This document shows positions 10,909 through 20,635 of a stretch of DNA of 32,000 bases, piece by piece. Position 1 is the first letter of the stretch, and every line of letters starts with the position of its first letter. The translations under genes and the position numbers were made by a program. The DNA lies in the sequence record OX637807.1. The stretch is one strand, 5' to 3'. The notes beneath the pieces are model-generated. The model made no database searches, was not told where the DNA came from, and saw nothing but the letters and a program-made list of their open reading frames with translations.

Positions 10909-11455
10909 ACTCATTTTAATTTTTAAGTTTTAACTGGTATTTTATTATCATTCAAAAACAATTAATGCTCGATTTGGTTTTGCTCAATCAGTAATCCATT
11001 TTGAATATTTTATGTTTATTTTTTTCAATATTCGGTATTTATTGTCATAAATTACCTTATTTTTCTTAACATATAATTAAAGATTTAAAATGTTTTATTT
11101 TAAGATTTGAAACTCGTTCTTTACTTTTTTTTACTAAATTAGAATATCAGTTTTACCTTATTATAGAAAAAATAGTACCAGAATATAAATATAATATGTT
11201 AAATCCTATAGTATTAGATCCAATAATAATGGTGAACTCTTACTAAAAATGGTTTTTATTTTTTACTGATTTATTTAGTATTCAAGATATTATTCGAAAG
11301 ATAAATGTATTAAAATTACGTTATTATTAAAAATGTAGTATTCATAAAAGCAAAGACCAATTCTGAATATATATTTTAAATGAATCTGTGCCTACACTAG
11401 TATCTATTGTAAAACCTCATATGCATTTTTGTATATTATAAAAAATAAATATATA
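10900..11455 (+). pseudogene. heavily decayed LAGLIDADG endonuclease ORF downstream of cox3
   Basis: Pieces spread over several frames resemble the LAGLIDADG family seen in cox3-i1 and nad5-i2: LTGILLS..., NARFGFAQSVIHFEYFMFIFF, ...SIVKPHMHF (compare PYIHPSMYYKL). Many stops and frameshifts. Boundaries are approximate. Confidence 0.5.
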
Positions 11456-11459
11456 GGTT

Positions 11460-11512
11460 TATTGACATTTTTTTGATGTCGTGTGATTATTTTTATTCAT
11501 TGCTATATATTT
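11460..11512 (+). pseudogene. cox3: displaced duplicate of the cox3 3' end
   Basis: 11460-11512 matches cox3 10598-10650 with 3 mismatches over about 53 nt. It translates [17 protein letters not shown], against [17 protein letters not shown] in the gene. Confidence 0.8.
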
Positions 11513-11704
11513 AATTTATCTTTTTATATATTTATAAAATCTAATATATAAAATTAATCTTTTACTTCCTTATTCTTTTTACTTTAATTATCTAATTTAA
11601 AAATAAAAATTTCACCTCCACTTAAAAAAATTTAACTATAAAAATATAGTTAAATTTAACTTTATTACTGGTTCCCAAAGGAATTTTAAAAATACTTACA
11701 AACA

Positions 11705-11971
11705 ATGAATTTATCTTTATTTTTATTTTTAATAGGAATCTTAGGTTTTATTTTAAATAGAAAAAACATTATTTTAATGATTATTGCTATAGAAATTATG
11801 CTTCTTGCTGTAACATTACTAGTTTTAACTAGTTCTTTTGGATTTGACGATAATATAGGTCAAACTTTCAGCATATTTATAATATCTATTGCAGGAGCGG
11901 AATCAGTTATAGGTTTAAGTATACTAGTAGCTTACTATAAATTAAGAGGAAATATATCAATTAAATCATAA
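11705..11971 (+). CDS. nad4L: NADH dehydrogenase subunit 4L
   Basis: 88 aa: MNLSLFLFLIGILGFILNRKNIILMIIAIEIMLLAVTLLVL...AGAESVIGLSILVAYYKLRG. The TAA stop shares its last A with the nad5 ATG (TAATG). Confidence 0.93.
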   Translation: MNLSLFLFLIGILGFILNRKNIILMIIAIEIMLLAVTLLVLTSSFGFDDNIGQTFSIFIISIAGAESVIGLSILVAYYKLRGNISIKS

Positions 11972-12294
11972 TGTATCTTTCAATTTTATTTTTACCTTTA
12001 TTAGGTTCTTTTGTATCTGGATTTATGGGGAGAAAAATAGGTGTAACAGGAGCACAAATAATAACATGTAGTAGTCTAATTTTAGCCTCTATATTATCGA
12101 CTATTTCTTTTTATGAAGTAGGTATATGTGGAAGTCCTGTATCTATTTATTTAGGAAGTTGGGTTGATTCTGAATTAATGTCAATTAGTTGAGAGTTTTT
12201 ATTTGATCAATTAACTGTTTCAATGTTTATACCTGTTCTATATATTTCTTCTTTAATTCATATTTTTTCTATAGATTATATGTCAGAAGATCCT
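11971..12294 (+). CDS. nad5: NADH dehydrogenase subunit 5, exon 1
   Basis: [24 protein letters not shown]...[36 protein letters not shown]. Ends in T. Confidence 0.92.
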
Positions 12295-13527
12295 GCTAAA
12301 TATTTTGGGAAAATATTAATGTGGGCAAAACTATCAAACTCCGGGGACATCCTAAAGTTTATGGTACTAAACTATATTCGAAAGATTATAAGTGGCTGAA
12401 TTAATCACTCAGGTAAAGTAATAAGTCATAAGATGAGTGAAAACAAAATGGGTTATCGCGGATCTAAATCAAAATTTGAATCGAAATTTGTAAAAGAGCA
12501 ACGAGTAGATGGTAGTTGATGTATTATTAATCATGTAATGCGTTTAAGGTATACTCTAATGAATTTCGAAAGAAATTATCCAATCAAAATCCCTTCTAAA
12601 GAATTAAATGTTAGAAAATTTTCTACTAATAATTATATCTCACCTTGATTCTGATCTGGTCTAATTTACGCTGAAGGTTCATTTAATATTATTATAGATA
12701 GAAGAATAACCCGTTGACGAGTTCAATCTAAATTTCAAATGGGCTTACATAAACGGGATTTATATTTGTTAAAACAATTACAACACTTTTTAGGTGGAAT
12801 AGGTTCAATCTATGTATATTCAACTTCAAATAAAGTAAATTATTAAATAGATTCTAAAAAAGATTTAACAAATCTTATTATTCATTTAGAAAAATATCCT
12901 TTATTAACTCAAAAAGCAGCAGATTTATATTTGTTTAAACAAATAATTAAATTAATAAATAATAAATCTCATCTTTCTAATGAAGGATTAAATCAAATTA
13001 TTAATATTAAAGCTTCTATGAATTTAGGTTTATCTGATTTATTAAAATCTAATTTTAATAATGTTAATCCTCTTGAAAGACCTTTAATTAATATTGAAAA
13101 TATTCCTAACTCTAATTGAATAGCTGGATTTTTAACAGGTGAAGGTAATTTTGATATTAGAATTGCTCAGCAGTCCTCAAATAAAATAGGATATCGAGTA
13201 CAATTAAGATTTAGAATAAGCCAACATGAAAGAGATTTAAAGCTAATGGAATCTTTAATAAAATATTTAGGTTGTGGTAAAATATATAAATATACTAATC
13301 AATCTGCAATTGTTTTAACAATATTTAAATTTTCAGATATATATAATGTAATTATTCCTTTTTTCAAACAAAATCCTCTACTTGGTGTTAAACAATTAGA
13401 CTATCTTGATTGATGTCAAGTTGCTAAATTAATTAATGAAGGTTCTCATCTTACACTGGAAGGATTTAATTTTATTAGAAAAATAAAATTAGGAATGAAC
13501 ACAGGTAGAAAATTTAATAACACTTAA
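12295..13527 (+). pseudogene. LAGLIDADG homing endonuclease (two motifs), in frame with exon 1, one internal TAA
   Basis: Conserved N-terminal MGYRGSKSKFESKFVKEQRVDGSW...ERNYPIKIPSK. Motifs SGLIYAEGSF and IAGFLTGEGNF. In-frame TAA at 12844-12846; stop at 13525-13527. Confidence 0.8.
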
Positions 13528-13552
13528 TTACATGATAAATTTGACAGCCATG
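12295..13552 (+). mobile_element. group I intron nad5-i1, ribozyme core embedded in the 5' part of its ORF
   Basis: R-like gagcaacgagtagatgg and S-like aaggtatactct lie inside the ORF. The intron ends ...gacagccatG. Exon 2 resumes [12 protein letters not shown]. Paralog of the nad6 intron. Confidence 0.8.
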
Positions 13553-13654
13553 CATAATCAAAGATTTTTCTCTTATTTATCTTTATTCACTTTTTTCATG
13601 TTATTATTAGTATCCGGCGGAAATTATTTTGTTATGTTCATAGGATGAGAGGGT
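13553..13654 (+). CDS. nad5: NADH dehydrogenase subunit 5, exon 2
   Basis: [34 protein letters not shown]. Ends in T. Confidence 0.9.
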
Positions 13655-14419
13655 AAAATATTTTGCTCTAAATGAATTTTTAATTTGTCTAGTATATATT
13701 CTCAACTATTAAATATGTCTGTTTTATTAATTAAATTAAATAAACGTTTTTTTCATATAGAAGGGAAAATACATTCACATAAACGAATAGGTCCTCATAA
13801 TTTAGATATAATACAAGTAATTATAGGAAGTTTACTTGGTGACGGTCATTTAGAAAAAAGATCTAAAGGTATTGGGACTCGTTTAATTTTAGAACAAACA
13901 AATCAAAATGTAGAATACTTAATGTGATTATATAAATTTTTTTATAATCGAGGGTATTGTTCTAGTTTAAAACCTAAAATATTTAAACGTATAAGAAAAA
14001 ATAATGTAATATATTATGGTATAAAATTTAATACGTATACCTTTAGTAGCTTAAATTGATTACATGAATCTTTTTATACCCAAGAAAATATAAAACATCT
14101 ACCTATATATTTGTTAAAATATTATTTAAATCCTATGGCATTAGCTATATGATATATGGATGATGGAAGTAAATTAGGTTCAGGTTTTAAACTAGCAACT
14201 AATTGTTTTAAATTAAGTGAATTAGAAAAATTATGTAATTTATTACATAATAAATTTAAATTAAATTGTAATCTACATAAAGATAAATTATCTTGAACTA
14301 TATATATTAAAAAAAGTTCAGCTAAACAATTTGCTAATTTAATAGAACCGTATATGGTAGATTCAATGAAATATAAATTAGGGATTTATAGTCAGTATTA
14401 TAAACAAGGTTTAAAATAA
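13655..14419 (+). CDS. LAGLIDADG homing endonuclease (two motifs), in frame with nad5 exon 2
   Basis: 255 codons with no TAA/TAG. KRIGPHNLDIIQVIIGSLLGDGHL and LAIWYMDDGS. Same family as the cox3-i1 ORF (KRIGPHNINILNILIGSLLGDGSM). Confidence 0.85.
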
Positions 14420-14825
14420 CGAATATTCGGAATTAACTTTTTATATTTAGTTAATATATGATAAGTAATATATTATAATTATAAAAATATGCTGGCAATG
14501 TTGTTGAAAACGATCAAAATTTAATATTTAATATATTAAATAAAATAATAAATAATATTATTATTATAATAATTAATATAATAATTATTATTATAATTAT
14601 TATTTTTAATATTAATAAATAAAATTAAACAAGATCGTCGGTTAAATATTTGATCGCTATCGACTGGTACAACAATGGGTGTCTGAAATGATGCTTAATG
14701 CACAGTCAAAATTTTAATATTTTTAATGTTCCAGGGCTTTTTTTAAATCCTTTTTAGGTATAAAAGTACAGTATTTATTTTATCTAATCTAATTAAAAAA
14801 AGTTAGATATATAAATTAAAATTTG
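13655..14825 (+). mobile_element. group I intron nad5-i2
   Basis: The nad5 frame resumes at 14826 ([20 protein letters not shown]). The intron ends in G. A GC-richer structured segment lies at 14490-14760, after the ORF. Confidence 0.75.
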
Positions 14826-15116
14826 ATTGGAATAGTATCCTATTTACTAATAAATTTCTGATTTACTAGACTACAAGCTAATAAATCTGCTATACTAGCT
14901 TTAACAATGAATAGAGTAGGTGATATGGGTTTAAGTATAGGTTTTTTTGCTATCTTTGCCTTATTTGGTTCTTTAAATTATTCTACTATTTTCAGTTTAT
15001 CACCTGTTATGAATGAAACTGCTATCACTATAATTGCTATTTTATTACTTTCTGGAGCTATGGCTAAATCTAGTCAAATTCCTTTACATAGTTGACTTCC
15101 TGGATCGATGGAAGGT
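14826..15116 (+). CDS. nad5: NADH dehydrogenase subunit 5, exon 3
   Basis: [39 protein letters not shown]...AMAKSSQIPLHSWLPGSMEG. Ends in T. Confidence 0.9.
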
Positions 15117-15133
15117 TTTCGGTATTATAAATT

Positions 15134-15183
15134 ATTTTTATTTTTATTTTTATTTTTATTTTTATTTTTATTTTTATTTTTTT
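15134..15183. repeat. hexanucleotide microsatellite, (ATTTTT) about 8 copies
   Basis: A residues recur every 6 nt from 15134 to 15176. The array starts 18 nt after the 5' splice site of nad5-i3. Confidence 0.8.
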
Positions 15184-15221
15184 ATTTGATTAATTATTCT
15201 ACATTTTCTTAAATTTTTATT

Positions 15222-15950
15222 ATGGGTGTTATTCCTGCTCATTTAGAACGTGATAGTAAAGGAAGATTTATAGGAAAAATTTTACCTTTAATTTCTTTAC
15301 CTTATAAATTAAAAGAAGCTATGTATGGAGATCTTTTAGGTGATGGTCATTTACGTTTTAATAAAAAAGGTAAAGATGGTCTTCCTAAACCTAATACTAA
15401 TGTTCAATTTGCTATGACAATAAAATCTAAAGAATTTGTTACATATTTATGAACAAATATTTATAATGATATTTGTAGTAATGTACCACCTCATCCTTGG
15501 CCTAACCCTAAAACTGGAAAACCTATTACTCAGTATCATTTTGCTACTAGAACTTTACCTTCTTTAACAGAAGTTCATAAACAATGATATATTTTAAATA
15601 AACAAAGTGAAAAATATGTTAAAATAGTTCCTCTGAATATAAGGGATTTAATTACACCCTTAGGGTTAGCTCATTGATTAATGGGTGATTATTATTGAGA
15701 TAAACATAGCAAAACAATAGATATCTGTACAGATAATTTTACTTTCTCTGAGGTAGAAATATTGATTAGTGTTCTTAAAAATAAATTTGATTTACTATCT
15801 AATCCTAAGCGTAGAATAAAAGCAAATAAAGAAGTTTGTTGAAGAATAAGATTCAGTGGTAAATCTGAAAATATATCTAAATTAAAATCTTTAGTACAAC
15901 ATCATTTTATACCTTCAATGCTTTATAAGTTAAATATATTAAAAGACTAG
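15222..15950 (+). CDS. LAGLIDADG homing endonuclease-like protein, free-standing within nad5-i3
   Basis: ATG at 15222, TAG at 15948-15950, no TAA/TAG between, several TGA=Trp. First motif YGDLLGDGHL. Second motif is atypical: LAHWLMGDYYWD. C-terminal HHFIPSMLYKL. Confidence 0.8.
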
Positions 15951-16393
15951 AAATTTTTATTATATTTTTAATCTTTGTTTATATTTTTTCTTAAAAAATA
16001 ATAAAAATAAAATTTAAATCAAATTTATTGTAAGGCAGGTAATTAAAATTAATAATTTATTAAATAAAAATATTAGGGCCTTCCTTATGTTAAATTAATT
16101 TTTAACATTAAATATTTCACTGTATGCTGGAACTTCCTAAAGACTTGAGTACCTAATAGTATATAAAAATATAATAAAAAAGGTGATAATATTAAGTATG
16201 TTACAATGGTCAATCAGCAGGAAACCAAAAACCGAAAAATAAAAAGTAGGATCCTCAGAGGCTTTACGTGAATTGTTTTAATCTAATTATATAAATAATA
16301 ATTATACTCTTTTTTTTACATGGATTATGGTTATTTTTTTAATTAAAACAAAGATAAAGTCCAAAGTATATTCGAAAGATTATATTAAAATTG

Positions 16394-16610
16394 CCAACAC
16401 CTGTTAGTGCTTTAATTCATGCTGCAACCCTGGTAACTGCCGGAATTTATCTATTACTTAGATCTTCTCCATTATTAGAATTTAGTCCTACTGCTTTATT
16501 AGTTATTACCTTAGTAGGAGCTACTACTGCTTTTTTTGCTGCTTCTTGTGGTCTAGTACAAAACGATTTGAAAAGAATAATTGCTATGTCAACTATATCG
16601 CAACTAGGCT
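16394..16610 (+). CDS. nad5: NADH dehydrogenase subunit 5, exon 4
   Basis: [30 protein letters not shown]...[16 protein letters not shown](Y). The boundary splits the Tyr codon (t|at), so the exon ends in T and the intron ends in G (17781). Confidence 0.85.
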
Positions 16611-17781
16611 ATTTTTATTTACTATTAATTATTATTATTATATTATATATATTTTTTCAAAACAACTTTTGTTCACTTTCCTTTAAAATTATCATAAAAC
16701 AAGTAATTAAACAAAATATTTTTATTGTATTCAATAATTTTAAATTTAAAACTTCTAAATATACTAAAAATGGTTTAAATATAAAAGAAAAAAAAAGATA
16801 AATTTTTTGATCTTAGTTCTACTATAATTTTTCTAGATAGATATAATGATTTTAGCTATAAAGGTAGATTTATTATTAAACAAAAATATACTGATTTAAA
16901 AGGTATTTATTTAGGGATTAATAATTCTAATAATAGATCATATGTTGGAAAATCTGTTAATTTATAAGCTAGATTAAGCAAATATTTTTCATCTTATTAT
17001 TTAAAAAATACAAATTCAAAAATGGCTATTTGTGGAGCTATTTCTAAGTATGGTATAAACAATTTTACATTATATATTTTAGAAACTATTGATAATGAAA
17101 AATCAAAAAAATATTTATCAGAAAGAGAAAATTTTTGATACAATTTAATAAATTCTTCCTATAACTTAAAAAGTATTTTACAACCTTTTACAGGTTCCAA
17201 TCATTATAGATTTGGTTCTAAATTACCAGAATCTATAAAACTAAAGATTAGTAATACACTTAAAGGTCGAAAAGTATCTGAATTAGTTAGAGCTAATCAT
17301 ATAGCTGGAGCTTATAAAAAACCTGTTTTTTTTTTATGATTTTTATACTGGAAAGTATTTAATGAAATTTGACGGCATACGAATTGCGGCTCGAGCTTTT
17401 AATTTAAAGGATTCATTTTATATACGATATAGAATAGATAAAAATAAACCTTTAAATGTAAGTATAGATAATATTAATTATAAAATGTTGTTTAAATCTA
17501 ATAAAATATATGAAAATAATAATAACGAAATTTTAATTATAACATATGGCCTAGAAAAACTATACTATGTGCTGGAAACTCCTAAAGCTTTATCTACCTA
17601 TAAGGTAAAAAAGATAGAGATATAACAATGGACAATCAGCAGGAAACTAAATTTAATTAAACAATAATCTAAAATTAAAAATAGGATCCTCAGAGAATAT
17701 ACGTATTTGATTAAAATATAATCCAGAATGTTTTTTTAAGAAATATTCCAATCTTTTTTTTGAAAATAAAAAGTATTTTTG
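16611..17781 (+). mobile_element. group I intron nad5-i4
   Basis: P-like gtgctggaaactcc (about 17570), Q aatcagcagg (17634-17643), R-like cctcagagaatatacg (17688). The core lies immediately before the mini-exon. Confidence 0.8.
16785..17625 (+). pseudogene. GIY-YIG homing endonuclease, decayed
   Basis: KGIYLGINNSNNRSYVGKSVNL, then TAA at 16965-16967; ...ERENFWYNL...; C-terminal part in another frame after T10 run 17326-17335 (YDFYTGKYLMKFDGIRIAARAFNL). Out of frame with exon 4 after A9 run 16788-16796. Confidence 0.8.
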
Positions 17782-17801
17782 ATATGGTAATGGCTATAGG
17801 T
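17782..17801 (+). CDS. nad5: NADH dehydrogenase subunit 5, exon 5 (20-nt mini-exon)
   Basis: at atg gta atg gct ata ggt encodes (Y)MVMAIG. This is exactly the segment needed between SQLG(Y) and LSQYNVAL in the conserved nad5 block. It is preceded by G and ends in T. Confidence 0.75.
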
Positions 17802-19010
17802 CAAGACTAAGGCCTAATTTAAATCTTTCTGTATGCTGGAAACTCTTTAAAGGCTTAAGTACTAACCTCAAAGTAGGGTAGACGAACGCAGTTGCATCTG
17901 TGTTTAATTCCTTCCTCCCCCGATATTTTATTGTTATAGAGCCGGGCATGGAGAGCTTTAGGTATAGTTAAAACCTTAAGTATATCTAGAAAATCAGCAG
18001 GAAACCAAAAGATTAGTATGTAATTATACTTTTTTTAGTAGGTTCCTCAGAGACTATACGAAAGAAATATATAATTTTTATTTTATATATTAAGATATAG
18101 TCCATTTTATGTTTAGCTGTGAAGAAAATATAATATCAGCCTCCTGCCTATTATATTATAATTATATAAAAAATATACCTGAAAATTTAGATTTATTATT
18201 ATCTTTTTCTTTTACTGTATCGACTATATCAAACAAAAAAAGAAGAAATTATATGTCAAAAGAAGAAAAAGAGAATGTTTCTAACAGTATTCCTGAATGG
18301 TTTAATCAGATAGTTTGCGGATTAATGTTATCTGATGCTACCCTTCGTATGAATGGAAAAAATGCTTTAATGGGTATCCAACAAACTCATCAAGAATTAA
18401 CACAAGAAATTTTGAATATGTGTTTTAAATTAAATTTGATATTAAGTGGAATTCATGTTATTAATAGAAATAACAGACAAACAGTCTATTCATTTCAAAC
18501 TCTTTCTTTACCATATTTTACTTTTTTATACAATGATTGATATAAAATAATAGATGGTAAACGCCATAAAGTTTTACCACCAGAATTACACCTAGAATCT
18601 GTATTTACTCCTTTAGCTTTTGCATTTTTTATAATGGGGGATGGATCATGAGATGTACATGGCTCTAGGTTAGTACTTCATACTAACAATTTTACTTTAA
18701 ATGAAGTTAAGAGATTGCAATCTATTTTATTATCGAAATTTAATCTTAGATCTTATTTAGTAAAAATTACTTTGAAGATAATACCTTCAAATAAAGATAG
18801 AGGTTATATTATAAAAATACCTTCTAAAGAAATAGAAAAAGTAAGAGAACTTGTTTCTAAATATATTTATCCTTCATTAAAGTATAAATTAGGTATGTAA
18901 TTAAATTATTAGGTGTAAAATAAAATATAATAAATATTAAATCTTCACAGTCTTTCTGACCGTAAAATTTTATAAAAATAAATCCTTTATAGTCTGACTC
19001 GTTAAATTAG
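17802..19010 (+). mobile_element. group I intron nad5-i5
   Basis: P-like atgctggaaactc (17833), Q aatcagcagg (17992-18001), R cctcagagactatacg (18045-18060), S aagatatagtcc (18092-18103). Ends in G (19010). Confidence 0.85.
18109..18900 (+). CDS. LAGLIDADG homing endonuclease (two motifs), located after the nad5-i5 core
   Basis: Track ORFs 18109-18540 and 18715-18900 share one frame and join through TGA=Trp. Motifs VCGLMLSDATL and FAFFIMGDGSW. C-terminal KYIYPSLKYKLGM. Confidence 0.8.
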
Positions 19011-19121
19011 CTTAGTCAATATAATGTAGCATTAATGCATACATTGAATCATGCTTTCTTCAAAGCATTATTATTCTTAGGTGCTGGTGCTGTAATCCAC
19101 AGTTTTTCAGATGAGCAAGAT
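19011..19121 (+). CDS. nad5: NADH dehydrogenase subunit 5, exon 6 (3' boundary uncertain by up to 6 nt)
   Basis: [37 protein letters not shown]. caagat here and caagac at 20630-20635 both encode QD, and only one copy can be exonic. Confidence 0.85.
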
Positions 19122-20635
19122 AATGTGCCGGGTTTTCAAGTATCCCCACAACACTTTGTGCTCTAATACTATCTAACTCCGGGTAATACCTAAAGCTTAA
19201 GCTATAGCAAGTAAAAAGGTAACTTTTGAAAGTACGATAAATTAACTATTTATCTATGGACTTATTCCGATGTAACGAAGCTTAAGATGATTGAAAGAGA
19301 AATGGTTCTTCACGGAACTAAATTCCTTAATAAAACACATTTGGATTTAACAATAGCAAGTGCTTTGCCAAATTTTATTAAGGATAAAAGCGCATCGACT
19401 ATATGGTAGTAGTATCTACACGGGAATAACGACCCTAAATTAAATTAAGTAAGTTGCTTATAAGTGTAGAATTAAGATAGAGTCAGGCCCCATACGAAAG
19501 TATGAAAAATCTATATAATATTAAATATGGTTTAATGCGGTAAGATAATATCAAGCTGTGAGGATAAAAGTTAATTCTTGTTAAAGTATTTAAAAATAAA
19601 CATAAAGATAAAATTATAAATAATAATTTAGCTTTAAATAATAGACTTTATTCTACATTAAGTACAATAAATTCAATAAAATTAAAACCTTCCTTTATAA
19701 CAGGGTTTACAGACGCTGAGGGTTGTTTTAATATAGTAATCTCAAAAATTTCAACTGCATCTATAGGATATAGATTACAAGCTAGATTTATTATTGAAAT
19801 CCATATTAAAGAGATAAATATATTAAATATGATTCAATCTTTCTTTGGAGGAATAGGTACTATTACAATAAATCCAAAGAAAAGATCAGCTCGTTATTCT
19901 GTAGTGGGCATAAACGATATTAATAATTTTATTATTACACATTTTGAAAATTATCCTTTACAGAGTGTAAAAAAAATTGATTTTGATTTGTGAAAAGAAT
20001 GTGTAAATCTTATTATTAATAAAAAAGATAAAACTCAAGAAGGATTAGAACAAATTGTAGCTATAAAATCTAAAATGAATCTTGGATTATCAAATTTATT
20101 AAAAAAAGAATTTCCTAATATAAATTGTTTAGATAGACAAACTTATTTAACTAATAAGGACCGATTAGACCCAGATTGGGTAAGCGGATTAATTGAAGGA
20201 GATGGTTCTTTTTATATATATATCAGAGCTAAAACTAATCATGTTAATGCTGCGTTATCAATAGGTTTAAATATTAGAGAAAAACCTTTATTAATAAAAA
20301 TTCAAGACTTTTTTGGAGGAATGGGAAATGTTTATATTTATAATTCTAGAAGTGTTGTTGAATGGAAAGTTGTTAAATTATCTCAACTTACTTCCATTGC
20401 ATCTCATTTTAATTCTTATCCTTTAATGGGATTAAAATCTTATAATTTTATTATTTGAAGAGAGATACTTTCTTTAATTGAAATTAAAGCTCATTTAACT
20501 TCAGAAGGTTTAACTAAAATAAAATATTTGAACAAACAATTAAATAAATGAGATTAAAATTTTAAACCAAAAAAGGAAACAATTTAATTAAATATTTTTT
20601 TATACAAAGCAAAATTAATTTTACAACCGCAAGAC
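19122..20635 (+). mobile_element. group I intron nad5-i6
   Basis: GC-richer core at 19130-19560. It contains ctatctaactccgggtaatacctaaagctta, which parallels ctatcaaactccggggacatcctaaag of nad5-i1. The ORF follows the core. Confidence 0.75.
19568..20557 (+). CDS. LAGLIDADG homing endonuclease (two motifs), apparently intact
   Basis: Frame open from 19568 to TAA at 20555-20557 with TGA=Trp. No ATG near the start (ATT at 19574 is a possible alternative). Motifs ITGFTDAEGCF and VSGLIEGDGSF. Confidence 0.8.

Larger units (their letters stand above)
15117..16393 (+). mobile_element. group I intron nad5-i3
   Basis: Q aatcagcagg (16212-16221), R-like cctcagaggctttacgtg (16252), S-like aagataaagtcc (16351-16362). 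Ends in G. Exon 4 starts [12 protein letters not shown]. Confidence 0.85.

Noticed and set aside
15134-15183. Tandem repeats as CRISPR-like or minisatellite arrays (also 25207-25278 and 26971-26997)
   Set aside because: The units are 4-9 nt with no spacers, and this is organellar DNA. These are ordinary AT-rich microsatellites, not CRISPR.
16613-16801. C-terminal tail of track ORF 16391-16801 ([19 protein letters not shown]...) as part of nad5
   Set aside because: It has no similarity to the conserved nad5 block that should follow SQLGY. That block ([14 protein letters not shown]) is found at 17784 and 19011, so the tail is read-through into intron 4.
17880-17960. GC-rich island inside nad5-i5 as an inserted mobile GC cluster
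   Set aside because: I found no clear palindromic or terminal-repeat structure. It lies between the P-like and Q elements and is more simply explained as a paired peripheral region of the ribozyme.
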